This document shows positions 11,814 through 20,999 of a stretch of 64,000 nucleotides of DNA, piece by piece. Every line of letters begins with the position of its first letter. Positions within the stretch are counted from its first letter, which is position 1. A program made the position numbers and the translations under genes. The notes under the pieces are model-generated. The model was not told the origin of the DNA. It did not search any database and was given only the letters and a program-made list of their open reading frames with translations. This DNA is from Bacillota bacterium (GTDB taxonomy: Bacteria; Bacillota; UBA994), in contig JAGXTJ010000010.1 of the NCBI GenBank assembly GCA_018333655.1, positions 39,280 to 103,279 on the forward strand, read 5' to 3'.

Positions 11814-12545
11814 GTGGCGAAGAAACGCATTAAACTGGAGAAACGCGATGACCGTCGCGAGTTCTCCATCATTTTTCATGAGCTATGGACAGAAAGCCTG
11901 GGGCACATTGGCGGCTCGGGGGCTTTGCTTTACTGCTTCCTCAAATACTTGGCGGATCACGAAGTGCCCGAGCCCTACTCCGCCGAGTGGGAACAGGCAG
12001 TTTGTTTGCCGCTCGGTATGTCTAGGGATGAGAGTCATGCCGCCTGGGCCAAGCTGCAAGAAAGTGGTCTCATACTCCTCGAGAAAAACAGCTATGTGTT
12101 GTGCGAGCCCCGCCCGAGTGTAGGTGCGTCGCCAACTAGTGAGAGCAAGATGCTGATGGTAGAAGTCGAAGCACGTTTCGGGCGCCCCCTGAGTATGACT
12201 GAAATTGAGCTCTTGGGCGATTTGTGCAGGGTCTACGACGAGACTTTGGTGCGCTTAGCTGCTGCTGTCGCCGTTGAGGCAGGGGCTTTGAGCCTGCCCT
12301 ACATCAGGCAGGTACTCCTCAACTGGAAGGCTAAGGGCATTACGTCTGCGGCCCAAGCCGAGGCTGACCGCCTTGGCTTCCAAGAAAAAAAGGCCAAGCG
12401 CAACGCCCGTACTGGCAGTAGGGGTAGCGACCCCGCTCCCACGCCCACTGCTCTGGCGCCAAGCAAATCTAAGTATGACGAAGCCGAGATCATTTTGCGC
12501 CGCATCAGAAAGTCGGCTGGTGACGAGGTAAGACATGGCAACTAA
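11814..12545 (+). CDS. DnaD-domain replication initiation / membrane attachment protein (DnaB/DnaD family)
   Basis: The C-terminal DDBH2-like region carries the conserved YIRQVLLNWKAKGITS motif (YxxxIxxxW). A DnaI-like helicase loader follows directly. GTG 11814 after GGAGGA. Confidence 0.7.
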   Translation: MAKKRIKLEKRDDRREFSIIFHELWTESLGHIGGSGALLYCFLKYLADHEVPEPYSAEWEQAVCLPLGMSRDESHAAWAKLQESGLILLEKNSYVLCEPRPSVGASPTSESKMLMVEVEARFGRPLSMTEIELLGDLCRVYDETLVRLAAAVAVEAGALSLPYIRQVLLNWKAKGITSAAQAEADRLGFQEKKAKRNARTGSRGSDPAPTPTALAPSKSKYDEAEIILRRIRKSAGDEVRHGN

Positions 12546-13467
12546 GGAGAGGGCCGCACTAACCAATCTTTGGGAAGCAGCAGAGCGCCGCACCAATGTT
12601 TTGCAGGCTCACCCTCATCTGGCCGCCCTCGAAGACGAGGTTTCCCTCGCTCTGCGCCTCTTTGCTGCGGGACAAGGCGATGATCAAGCAGTCGCCAGCG
12701 CCCGGGACAAGCGTTCTCAATACCTTAGGGAGCACGGCCTGCCACTCGATTATGCCGAACCCCGTTGGTCGTGCGCAGATTGTCAAGATGAAAGCTATGT
12801 GGGGGGCAAGCCCTGTCACTGCCGCCAGCAGGCCGAGCTCGCGCACCTACTCGGTAATTCAGGTTTGCCCCCTAAGCTACGCACACAGACTTTCGCGCGT
12901 TTTGACTTGAGTTGGTACTCTGGCAGCATGATGACCCCCCTTGGTATCTCCGAGAGGCATTGCGCCAGTTATGCCCTTAACACTTGCCAGAAGTTTGTGG
13001 CTTCGGTTATGGAGGGGCAGGAGCGCAGCGGCCTATTTATCTCGGGCGAACCTGGACTGGGTAAGACCTTCTTGCTCAGCTCTATCTGTAATAGTTTACT
13101 AGCGGCCCGAGTGCCGACCCTGTATGTTGTCTTTTGTGATCTCATTGCGGCCATCAAAGACACCTTTAATGCCGAAAGTAGCGGTACCACCGAGTCGCGT
13201 ATTATGACAGCGGCGCGTGAGGCCGACGTGCTGCTTCTCGATGACTTAGGAGCTGAACAAGTAACCGAGTTTGTCACCAACAGACTATTTGACATCGTCA
13301 ACTATCGCTGCAATCATCAAAAACCTTTGGTGGTGTCGTCAAATCTAAAGGTGTCGGAGATTGGGCGCCTATATGGGGAACGAATTGCCTCTCGTTTGTG
13401 GGAAATGTGTGAGGTCGTAGCGCTCTACGGTGAGGATATACGAATACAGAAGAAGCGGCAGGGATAA
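12535..13467 (+). CDS. dnaI: Primosomal helicase loader DnaI (DnaC/IstB-like AAA+ ATPase with N-terminal zinc-binding domain)
   Basis: N-terminal Cys cluster (CADCQDESYVGGKPCHCRQ), Walker A GEPGLGKTF, Walker B LLLDDLG. At 310 aa it matches DnaI size. Its start overlaps the upstream stop (ATGGCAACTAA). Confidence 0.8.
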   Translation: MATKERAALTNLWEAAERRTNVLQAHPHLAALEDEVSLALRLFAAGQGDDQAVASARDKRSQYLREHGLPLDYAEPRWSCADCQDESYVGGKPCHCRQQAELAHLLGNSGLPPKLRTQTFARFDLSWYSGSMMTPLGISERHCASYALNTCQKFVASVMEGQERSGLFISGEPGLGKTFLLSSICNSLLAARVPTLYVVFCDLIAAIKDTFNAESSGTTESRIMTAAREADVLLLDDLGAEQVTEFVTNRLFDIVNYRCNHQKPLVVSSNLKVSEIGRLYGERIASRLWEMCEVVALYGEDIRIQKKRQG

Positions 13468-13505
13468 CCTGCCGCTTAAATATATTAATATTAGCCTTTT
13501 AATTT

Positions 13506-13534
13506 TGACCTTTCTCCTTATTTATATTACAATA
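13506..13534 (+). promoter_or_regulatory. Promoter TTGACC-17-TACAAT upstream of the DUF2089 gene
   Basis: Read directly in the AT-rich stretch 13470-13560. Confidence 0.45.
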
Positions 13535-13566
13535 AGAACTATAAATCATGCAAAGGAGGCCACTCT

Positions 13567-13951
13567 TGTGCGTAAGCAAGCCCCCGGCCTGTGTCCGGTC
13601 TGCGGTGAAAAATTCCATGTTGCCAAGCTTGACTGCCATCGGTGCTCTACAAGCCTGACGGGAGATTTTGAGCCCTGTCGTTTTTGCGCCCTAACCAGCG
13701 AACAAAAGACTTTTCTCGAGGTCTTTGTCAAGAGCCGCGGAAATATTAAAGAAGTAGAGAGAGAGCTTGGCATTTCTTACCCCACAGTGCGTAGCCGCCT
13801 CGACAATGTACTCGATGCCTTAGGGTTTCGCGTCGATGAGGCTACGATGCCCGTGGATCTTCCTTCGCGGCGCAAAGAAGTTCTTGACGCGCTCTCCCGT
13901 GGGGAAGTCACGGCCGATGAGGCAGTGAAGCTTCTGCGTGCGCTTACCTAG
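13567..13951 (+). CDS. DUF2089-type protein: zinc ribbon + HTH + C-terminal SHOCT-like motif
   Basis: GTG 13567 after AAGGAGG. CPVCGEK...CHRCS...CRFC is a zinc ribbon. LGISYPTVRSRLDNVLDALG is an HTH. C-terminal ...EVLDALSRGEVTADEAVKLLRAL. The ORF track start at 13430 translates AT-rich promoter DNA and is unlikely to be real. Confidence 0.7.
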
Positions 13952-14283
13952 CGCCATGCGACTACCTAATTTTTTCTTATTATGCATTATCCGCCCAGCA
14001 GGATGGCGCTGGCCCTTGGTTTTTCCCCTGCCCATATTCTTGGTCGACGACGTGCTCGAAGCAGGGGAGGCCATGCTGTGGCTGCTCGGACTTAAGTTTG
14101 GGCGGCACTTGCCCCTAGGCCGGTTGTTCTGGTCTTCACAGTCCTTTCTCCGCGGTGGCTTGCCTAAGGTGCGCGAGGCGTGGCGCAAAGTGCGCAGGTC
14201 TGGTTCCTTCACACTGCTTGAAACCGCGCAGCATTCAGGCGTGCAAGTGACAATTAAATTTATTTAGCAACTGACCTCCTTAA

Positions 14284-14300
14284 TATTGATTTTATCAATA
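14284..14300. promoter_or_regulatory. Perfect 7-bp inverted repeat TATTGAT-ttt-ATCAATA (operator-like); a second half-site copy ATATTGATTTTAT at 14304-14316 and a third partial copy AATATTG at 14384-14390
   Basis: Read directly. The repeats flank the consensus promoter at 14329-14357. Confidence 0.5.
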
Positions 14301-14328
14301 CTCATATTGATTTTATTAACATTGTGCT

Positions 14329-14357
14329 TGACATAGTTGCGCGCGCCGATTATAATT
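14329..14357 (+). promoter_or_regulatory. Consensus sigma-A promoter TTGACA-17-TATAAT driving the yvl-like operon
   Basis: TTGACA tagttgcgcgcgccgat TATAAT read directly. Confidence 0.6.
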
Positions 14358-14408
14358 TGCTCAATAGCACTATTAAGGCTCTTAATATTGTGAAGGAGGA
14401 AGTAGGCA

Positions 14409-14762
14409 ATGGAAAGCGAAAAGTTGCAGATTCTGAAAATGGTGCAAGAGGGTAAAATTAGGGCAGAAGAGGCCGAGAAACTATTACAGGCCCTCGAACA
14501 AAAGGGTGCATCAGCACTGCCCAGTACAAACGCCAAATGGCTGCGTGTTCGCGTGCAAGAGGCCGACAAGAAAATAGTGAATATCAACTTGCCCATGGCC
14601 CTAGTCGATGTAGCCGTAAACATGGGGCTAAAATTTGCCTCTCCAGAACAGCTAGACGGCATCGACGTCCCCGCCCTGATGCAGGCCATTAAACAGGGTG
14701 CCAATGGCAAGATACTAGAAGTCCAAAGTAAGGAAGCCACGGTGGAGATTACAGTGGAGTAG
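14409..14762 (+). CDS. Small protein with N-terminal SHOCT-like motif (YvlB/LiaG N-terminal-like), function unknown
   Basis: KLQILKMVQEGKIRAEEAEKLLQAL has the same (E/D)G.I.A(D/E)EA.KLL.AL motif as the C-terminus of the preceding DUF2089 protein. RBS GAAGGAGGAAG. Confidence 0.6.
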   Translation: MESEKLQILKMVQEGKIRAEEAEKLLQALEQKGASALPSTNAKWLRVRVQEADKKIVNINLPMALVDVAVNMGLKFASPEQLDGIDVPALMQAIKQGANGKILEVQSKEATVEITVE

Positions 14763-14807
14763 GAAAAAATGCTATAATGAAAGCAAGTTAGGGAAGGGGG
14801 AACTACT

Positions 14808-15002
14808 ATGGAAAGGCGCCTGTATCGTTCGCTCTCGAACCGCATGATAGGAGGCATATGTGGAGGACTGGCAGAGTATGTAAATGCTGATCCGACCATT
14901 ATCCGGCTATTGATGCTTCTCTTCGTTCTCTTTGGAGGAGCGGGATTTCTCTTCTACTTGGCGGCGTGGGTGATCATCCCAGAGCGGTCGAGCAGTGCGT
15001 AA
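14808..15002 (+). CDS. PspC-domain membrane protein
   Basis: RSLSNRMIGGICGGLAEYVNADPTIIRLLMLLFVLFGG is a canonical PspC domain. Confidence 0.8.
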   Translation: MERRLYRSLSNRMIGGICGGLAEYVNADPTIIRLLMLLFVLFGGAGFLFYLAAWVIIPERSSSA

Positions 15003-15333
15003 ACCCTTTCTTTGGAAAGTCGCCCTCAATGCTCTCGGACTGTGGATAGTGACAGAGTTTTTAGTGGCGGGTATGCGCGTTGAAAATGTACCGGCCCTTC
15101 TCGTGGCCGCACTCGTCTTAGGCCTTATCAATGCTACCGTACGGCCGATTCTAATCTTGCTCTCGTTGCCCTTCAATGTATTAACTCTAGGTCTACTAAC
15201 TCTAGTGATCAATGGTGCCATGCTCTCTCTTGCGGCCTCCATTGTTCCGGGGTTTTACATCGCCACCTTCTGGACAGCAGTGTGGGGTGCGATATTGCTC
15301 AGCATCATTAGTGCGGTGCTCGACAGTTTTTAA
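14995..15333 (+). CDS. Phage-holin-family-4 / DUF360 (YvlD-like) membrane protein
   Basis: 112-aa protein with 3-4 TM segments. Its position after the PspC-domain gene is as in Bacillus yvlABCD. GTG start overlaps the PspC stop. Confidence 0.65.
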   Translation: MRKPFLWKVALNALGLWIVTEFLVAGMRVENVPALLVAALVLGLINATVRPILILLSLPFNVLTLGLLTLVINGAMLSLAASIVPGFYIATFWTAVWGAILLSIISAVLDSF

Positions 15334-15360
15334 AGAAATTTTGCCTTGTTCTTAAAATGC

Positions 15361-15387
15361 AGTTGGCCCTTGGCCAACTTTTTTTCT
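15361..15387 (+). terminator. Intrinsic terminator (AGTTGGCC-ctt-GGCCAACT + T7)
   Basis: 8-bp perfect stem followed by a run of seven T, read directly. Confidence 0.7.
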
Positions 15388-15461
15388 GCTTGTATTTAGC
15401 TAGTCGTAATTTTGCGATATACTAATTGTGTCTTCGGGGCGTAGCAGAGGGGGAGTAGCAA

Positions 15462-17225
15462 GTGGGAACAATGGGACGCCTCTTCAAGCAGGTTAAACCC
15501 TACTATGGGCGCATTGCTTGGTCAGTACTGATGATGTTTATTGGCACAGCCCTGGTCGCAGCGCAACCCATGCTTATTCAGCAAGCCATTGACCGCGCCT
15601 TTAGGGGTGGGGAATGGGGGCTCTTGGTTCCCTTTTCGCTCGCGATCCTCCTAGCTACGGTACTTCGCGCAGGTATTAACTACCTCGAGCGCATTTCAAT
15701 GGAGTGGGTTGCGCAGCGTACCATTTACGATTTGCGTAACGAAGTCTACCGGCACTTGCAGTCCATGTCCTTTAGTTTTTATGACAAAGCCGAGACAGGG
15801 CAGCTCATGTCGCGTGCCACGGCTGACGTGGAGACACTGCGGCGCTTTTTAAGTTTTGGCGTGCTACGTCTTGTGGGTAGCAGTCTGACCTTTGTCGTGG
15901 TCTTTGCCCTGCTTTTTTCCATGCATTGGCGTTTGACGCTAGTGGCCATGCTCACCATGCCCCTCTTGATCTTGATCGTCTGGCAGTTTGCTACTAAGGT
16001 CAGGCCGCGCTACCTGGTCATTCAGCAATACCTAGGTGAAATCACTAGTGTCCTGCAAGAAGTCATTGCGGGCGTACGTGTGGTGCGTGCTTATGCGCAA
16101 GAAGAGAGGGAAATAGAGCGCTTTCGCCGCAAAAATTGGCAGTATCTGGACTTAAATATTAGCACCGTGCGCCTCTGGGCTTTTTATTTCCCCCTGATGT
16201 CCCTGTTGGGGGGCTTAGGCAGCACGCTCATCTTGTGGTACGGTGGCATTCTTGTCGTGCGTGGCGACTTAACTATCGGACAGATGGTGGCCTTTCAGAC
16301 CTTGCTGATGCAATTAATCATGCCTATACGCATGATTGGCTGGTTAGTGAACATGGCGACGCAGGCAGTAGCCGCAGGGCAGAGGGTTTATGAAATACTT
16401 GACACCGCCCCAGATGTACGCGAGAAGCCGCAAGCCCTAGAGCTCGCGTGCACCAAGGGGCATGTGCGCTTTGAGAATGTCAGTTTTAGCTATGACGGCA
16501 AAACAGAAGTACTGGATGGACTGAACATCGACGCCCCCGCAGGGCAGACAGTGGCCTTGCTGGGCAGTACTGGCTCTGGCAAGAGCTCCGTCATCAACTT
16601 AATACCTAGGTTTTACGACATTACGGCAGGCAGAATAACTATAGATGGTATCGACATACGCGACGTTACACTGAAGAGTCTGCGGGCCAATATCGGCATT
16701 GTGTTGCAGGAGACGTTTTTGTTTTCGGCCACAATTAAGGAGAACATTGCTTATGGCAAGGCGGGCGCGCAGGAGGCCGAAATTATCGCTGCGGCGCAGG
16801 CGGCGCGCATTCACGATTTTATTGTTAGTCTGCCAGAAGGCTATGATACTCTGCTCGGAGAGCGCGGCATAGGTTTATCCGGTGGGCAGAAACAAAGAGT
16901 CGCCATTGCTCGCGCCCTGCTTATGAATCCTCGTATCCTGATTCTCGATGAAGCCACCTCGAGCGTAGACACCGAGACAGAGTTCCTTATTCAACAGGCC
17001 TTGCACGAGTTAATGCAAAATCGTACGACCTTTGTGGTGGCACAAAGGCTGTCAACCGTAAAAGAAGCCCAACAGATTATTGTCCTTAAAGATGGCAAAG
17101 TGCAGCAAAAGGGCACGCACGACTCCCTGCTCCGCGAGGAAGGTGTCTACCGAGAAATCTATGACTTGCAGTTTAGGCCGCAGGAGGAACTAGGCATCAG
17201 CTCTAGGGAGGGGGAAAATAAATGA
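15462..17225 (+). CDS. ABC exporter, fused permease + ATPase (half-transporter 1 of a heterodimer)
   Basis: Six N-terminal TM helices, then Walker A GSTGSGKSS, signature LSGGQKQRV, Walker B ILILDEATS. Confidence 0.9.
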   Translation: MGTMGRLFKQVKPYYGRIAWSVLMMFIGTALVAAQPMLIQQAIDRAFRGGEWGLLVPFSLAILLATVLRAGINYLERISMEWVAQRTIYDLRNEVYRHLQSMSFSFYDKAETGQLMSRATADVETLRRFLSFGVLRLVGSSLTFVVVFALLFSMHWRLTLVAMLTMPLLILIVWQFATKVRPRYLVIQQYLGEITSVLQEVIAGVRVVRAYAQEEREIERFRRKNWQYLDLNISTVRLWAFYFPLMSLLGGLGSTLILWYGGILVVRGDLTIGQMVAFQTLLMQLIMPIRMIGWLVNMATQAVAAGQRVYEILDTAPDVREKPQALELACTKGHVRFENVSFSYDGKTEVLDGLNIDAPAGQTVALLGSTGSGKSSVINLIPRFYDITAGRITIDGIDIRDVTLKSLRANIGIVLQETFLFSATIKENIAYGKAGAQEAEIIAAAQAARIHDFIVSLPEGYDTLLGERGIGLSGGQKQRVAIARALLMNPRILILDEATSSVDTETEFLIQQALHELMQNRTTFVVAQRLSTVKEAQQIIVLKDGKVQQKGTHDSLLREEGVYREIYDLQFRPQEELGISSREGENK

Positions 17226-19045
17226 GGGGAGGACAGCCTGGGGGGCATGGTCCCATGGAAGGGCGGTTTGACGCCACCTCCATCGAGATCAAAGTGGAAA
17301 CTAGAGTCATCGCTCGTATTATTCCCTATGTACGACCCTACTTCGGGCATCTCTTGGCAGCCCTATTCTTTATGGTGGTAGTCACCCTGGCGGGCTTACT
17401 TACACCCTATCTCGAGGCCGTCGCCATCGATAGATTTATCTTGAATGGGGAGGGCCTGTCCGAGGCCGAGCGGCTCAGGGGTATCACAGGCCTAGCTCTG
17501 CTCTACCTCGCTATTAATGTGGTTACCTGGCTGTGTAGTTTTGCTCAGACCTTGCTCGTCTCCATAACAGGGCAGAATGTCATCTACACTCTGCGTCAGA
17601 AAATGTTTGTGCATTTACAGAAGTTATCGTTTAGTTTCTTCGATAAAACAGAAACCGGACGCATCATGACGCGTCTCACCAATGATGTTAACGCCTTGAG
17701 CGAGCTTATTTCCTCGGGCATCCTCAATGTCGTTAACGATGCCCTGATGCTTGCGGGCATTGTCTTTATCATGAGCACTCTTAACTTGCGCCTCGCGCTG
17801 CTAACTTTTGCTACCCTTCCTCTGATGATCTTCGTGGCGACTCGCTTTCGCGGGCGCATGCAACGTGCCTATCATGAGGTGCGGCGCAAGGCGGCCACCG
17901 TGAATGTCAATTTGGCCGAAAGTATCTCCGGCGTGCGTGTCACACAGTCTTTTGTGCGCGAAGACCGCAATGCACGGCGTTTTGACGCCAACAATATGGA
18001 CAATATGCAGGCCAACATGCAGGCCGCCCAACTCAACTCGGCTTTTGGGCCTGTGATCGAGATTTTGGCCACCGTGGGCGTGAGTATCGTCATCTGGTAT
18101 GGCGGAGCCCTTCTGCAAAGAGGGGAGATCACCTTAGGCGTAGTATTCGCCTTTCTGCGCTATGTGGGCCGCTTCTTTATGCCCATACGCGATCTCAGCC
18201 AAGTCTACAATATATGGCAGGCGGCGACTGTTTCTATCGATCGTATTTTCGAGCTGCTAGATGCCGAGCCCTCGGTAAAAGACGCCCCCGCGGCCCTAGA
18301 TTTACCCCCCATTCAGGGACATATCAAGTTTGACAACGTCACCTTCGGCTACGAGGCCGAACTACCTATCTTGCACAATGTAACTCTCGAGATACCCCCT
18401 GGCAGAACAGTGGCCTTAGTTGGCCCCACAGGTGCAGGAAAGAGTTCTATCATTAATCTGTTGGCGAGGTTCTATGATCCCACTAGCGGCGTCATCTCTA
18501 TCGATGGCCATGACTTAACAACTGTGACACAGCGTTCACTGCATGAACAGGTGAGCATGGTGCTGCAAGACAGTTTCATTTTTAATGGCTCCGTGCGGAA
18601 TAACATCGCCTATGGGCGCCCAGATGCCAGCCAGGACGACATAATTGCTGCCGCAGAGGATGTCAACGCCCATGAATTCATCATGCGTCTGCCTGATGGC
18701 TACGACACGGAGGTCGGCGAACGTGGTGCTAGGTTGTCGCAGGGCCAGAGGCAGCTACTGTCCTTTGCCCGGGCCTTACTGTGTCGCCCTAGCATTTTGA
18801 TTCTCGACGAAGCCACCTCCTCGGTTGATGCTTACACAGAAGTCCTCATCCAGCGAGCGCTAGAGAAGCTTTTAGCGGGACGCACAGCGGTAGTGATCGC
18901 GCATCGCCTCTCTACCATTCGCCATGCCGATACCATTGTCGTTATTGACCAGGGGCGCATCGTGGAGCAGGGTAATCATCACGAACTTATGCAACTTGTC
19001 GATGGGCTCTACAGGCGCCTCTATGAACGCCAATATGGAAAATGA
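17222..19045 (+). CDS. ABC exporter, fused permease + ATPase (half-transporter 2)
   Basis: TM domain followed by GPTGAGKSS, a degenerate signature LSQGQRQLL, and ILILDEATS. Translationally coupled to the upstream gene (ATGA overlap). This is the typical heterodimeric LmrCD/YheIH-like arrangement with one degenerate site. Confidence 0.9.
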   Translation: MRGGQPGGHGPMEGRFDATSIEIKVETRVIARIIPYVRPYFGHLLAALFFMVVVTLAGLLTPYLEAVAIDRFILNGEGLSEAERLRGITGLALLYLAINVVTWLCSFAQTLLVSITGQNVIYTLRQKMFVHLQKLSFSFFDKTETGRIMTRLTNDVNALSELISSGILNVVNDALMLAGIVFIMSTLNLRLALLTFATLPLMIFVATRFRGRMQRAYHEVRRKAATVNVNLAESISGVRVTQSFVREDRNARRFDANNMDNMQANMQAAQLNSAFGPVIEILATVGVSIVIWYGGALLQRGEITLGVVFAFLRYVGRFFMPIRDLSQVYNIWQAATVSIDRIFELLDAEPSVKDAPAALDLPPIQGHIKFDNVTFGYEAELPILHNVTLEIPPGRTVALVGPTGAGKSSIINLLARFYDPTSGVISIDGHDLTTVTQRSLHEQVSMVLQDSFIFNGSVRNNIAYGRPDASQDDIIAAAEDVNAHEFIMRLPDGYDTEVGERGARLSQGQRQLLSFARALLCRPSILILDEATSSVDAYTEVLIQRALEKLLAGRTAVVIAHRLSTIRHADTIVVIDQGRIVEQGNHHELMQLVDGLYRRLYERQYGK

Positions 19046-19096
19046 TACAAGTTTACCCTGCGCCTACTTGCCGATACTATGAGCAGGAGGTGTTGC

Positions 19097-19642
19097 ATGG
19101 TGTGGCAGAAAATAACTGCTGTGACCCTATTGTTCACTATTTTGTCCTCGGGAGTTTCGGCCCTTAGTAGTGAGGAGCAAAGGTACGACCAGTTCGTCGC
19201 TGCTCTGCAGCGAGCTAGCAGCGGGGAGTTTGTCTTTAGCGAGAACGAAGCGCTGACCTTGTTGAACGAAGGTATGGACGAGCTCTTTGCGGATACCAAG
19301 CATGTCACCGCTGCGGCGCGCAGCGTGCGTATTCGGGGTTCGACCGTCACTGTGGTGACTGATTTACGGGTCCTTAACCTTTCAGTTAGCCCCGAAGTGA
19401 CTTTTGCAGCCTCGGTCGCTGGAGAAAACGTAGTTCTCGACATTAAGCGCTTACGCCTAGGGAGACTGCCGCTTAGTGTCTCGGCCTTGCTGACCACCAT
19501 GCGTGCGGCAGGCTTAGGCGAGTACATACACGTGGAGCCAAGGTTGGGGAGAATTGTGGTCGAAAAGCGTGGAGCTGTGCAGCGAGTTCGGGCCATTTCT
19601 GTCCGGTCTGGGTCCATCAGAGTAAGAGTCGGAGGGAAGTAA
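19097..19642 (+). CDS. Secreted protein of unknown function
   Basis: ATG 19097 after AGGAGG. Signal peptide MVWQKITAVTLLFTILSSGVSALS. No recognised domain. Confidence 0.5.
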   Translation: MVWQKITAVTLLFTILSSGVSALSSEEQRYDQFVAALQRASSGEFVFSENEALTLLNEGMDELFADTKHVTAAARSVRIRGSTVTVVTDLRVLNLSVSPEVTFAASVAGENVVLDIKRLRLGRLPLSVSALLTTMRAAGLGEYIHVEPRLGRIVVEKRGAVQRVRAISVRSGSIRVRVGGK

Positions 19643-19643
19643 T

Positions 19644-19681
19644 AAAAAGGCTGGCCACATATTCGTGGTCAGCCTTTTTTG
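19644..19681. terminator. Bidirectional intrinsic terminator (GGCTGGCCAC / GTGGTCAGCC stem flanked by an A-run and a T-run)
   Basis: 10-bp stem with one G-U pair. AAAAA lies upstream and TTTTTT downstream. It sits between convergent genes. Confidence 0.75.
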
Positions 19682-19827
19682 GTGCGCGGGGGGTGTTTTG
19701 TCAACCTCCGCATACCGAACTGTACGCACGGTGGTGTGAAAGGGAGGGGGTTAGTCACCCCCTCCTGCTCGATCTATACTGTAGAGTTTGGGATTCGATC
19801 AGCATAAGTTAACTGGGCAACTTCAAA

Positions 19828-20196
19828 TCAGGTCTCCCTTTGTACGATGTAATCTGCTAGGGCCTTCTCAACCATGTCCATAAAATCTGAGCCAGCGCCA
19901 AAGTCTTCTCCTTCTTTGGACCATCGTTTATGTCCTCCAGTAGACACATGGATTGTAGTAACACCGAGCAAGTTGCTGATAGTTATAGCTAATGTTATGA
20001 AGCTGCCTACTCGAATGTAGTACTTGGTGAGTATCAGGGAGATAATCGTGCCTGACGAGCTATTAATTCGATAATTGTCCAAGAGAATACCTGGATCCTT
20101 GCCAATTCGGAAGAGTGCTTTTTCTTGAGTGATGGTCTCTATGATTGCTGACGCTGCCTGTTCGGGCGACAGTGATACTGTGTAGTCCCTAATCAT
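19828..20196 (-). CDS. Small protein of unknown function (122 aa from ATG 20196), second gene of a low-GC cassette
   Basis: Its ATG overlaps the upstream stop as ATGA (plus-strand tcat at 20193-20196). No signal peptide. The sequence is rich in predicted beta strands. The ORF track's longer form starting at 20259 would overlap the upstream gene by 67 nt. Confidence 0.55.
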   Translation of the reverse strand: MIRDYTVSLSPEQAASAIIETITQEKALFRIGKDPGILLDNYRINSSSGTIISLILTKYYIRVGSFITLAITISNLLGVTTIHVSTGGHKRWSKEGEDFGAGSDFMDMVEKALADYIVQRET

Positions 20197-20999
20197 GTAG
20201 CTTGTATGCCGTAGCGGCTGTAAGTTAGTGGATAGTAGGTTTGGTTTTCGGTCTCCCATCCTGCCGGACAGTAGTTCTGATGAAGTAGGAAAGCCCGATG
20301 AGATAACTCCCCGTCATTGTAGAAGTTTGGGGATGGAGCTATGCGGTCGGGAATGGTAGTCGGGTTATCAACATACTGCAATAAGGGAGGGTTAATACCT
20401 TGAGGATTCGCCACAGTGGCCCTGTCGTACCTAAAATAATCATATCTATAGGCGGTATAGTATGTTTCCCAGTTGCCACCCAAGGATGACTGAATTTGCA
20501 CGGTCTTAAGGTAAGTATTATGTGAGTAGCCTATTTCAATTCCTACTGTAGATGTCGGTTGAGGACTAAAGCCCATAAAAACACTAAAAAGGTAGTTGTG
20601 AACAGTAGTTTGTATGGCCAGTTGTGCGACCCAGATGGCACTGTTTTTGATTAACTGGTATTCACCATTCCAGCGACCCCAGTATATTGCCGAACCAGGA
20701 ATTGTAGTCTCAAGTATTCTCATGCCATATATTAGCCTGCCACTTAGGGGAGCATGCGTGTCATTTTTTTCCAGCAGGCCATCCAGTGTAATAGGTACTG
20801 TGAATGTTTCGCTGGAAAGCACTCGTGTGGTAATAGGCTCAGTGTTTGCAATCATCTCGACATAATCGTACAACAAGTCTACGTTTGCTGGATGCGCAGC
20901 CCAAATTCTGGAGCGATGAGTATTTGCCTCAGCGAACCCTAGAGGCGCAAAGAGACACGACAGCGCTAGTAATCCGGCCAAAATTCTCTGCCAATACAT
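20193..20999 (-). CDS. Secreted (possibly lipo-) protein, Tyr/Trp/Asn/Thr-rich, unknown function; first gene of a low-GC cassette
   Basis: Strong RBS AAAGGAGG 7 nt before the ATG. N-terminal MYWQRILAGLLALSCLFAPLGFAEA is a signal peptide with a possible lipobox cysteine. The mature part is rich in Y, W, N, T and G (e.g. YYTAYRYDYFRYDRATV). GC is visibly lower than in flanking genes. Confidence 0.6.
   Translation of the reverse strand: MYWQRILAGLLALSCLFAPLGFAEANTHRSRIWAAHPANVDLLYDYVEMIANTEPITTRVLSSETFTVPITLDGLLEKNDTHAPLSGRLIYGMRILETTIPGSAIYWGRWNGEYQLIKNSAIWVAQLAIQTTVHNYLFSVFMGFSPQPTSTVGIEIGYSHNTYLKTVQIQSSLGGNWETYYTAYRYDYFRYDRATVANPQGINPPLLQYVDNPTTIPDRIAPSPNFYNDGELSHRAFLLHQNYCPAGWETENQTYYPLTYSRYGIQAT

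Noticed and set aside
13938-14267. 109-aa plus-strand ORF in the 13952-14263 gap (internal ATG at 14073 gives a 65-aa Arg/Leu-rich product)
   Set aside because: The GGGGAGG lies only 2 nt from the ATG. The composition is low-complexity and basic, with no recognisable fold signature. The region also contains a weak terminator-like hairpin (CCAGC-aggatgg-GCTGG + T-run at ~13996-14026) for the upstream gene. It is left unannotated rather than called.
14264-14899. 211-aa minus-strand ORF overlapping the yvl-like promoter, the SHOCT-motif gene and PspC
   Set aside because: It spans an intergenic promoter and overlaps three well-supported plus-strand genes. It has no RBS or motifs.
19021-19617. 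198-aa minus-strand ORF opposite the secreted-protein gene 19097-19642
   Set aside because: It is antisense to an ORF with an RBS and signal peptide, runs into the upstream ABC gene, and is Arg/Ser/Thr-rich low complexity.
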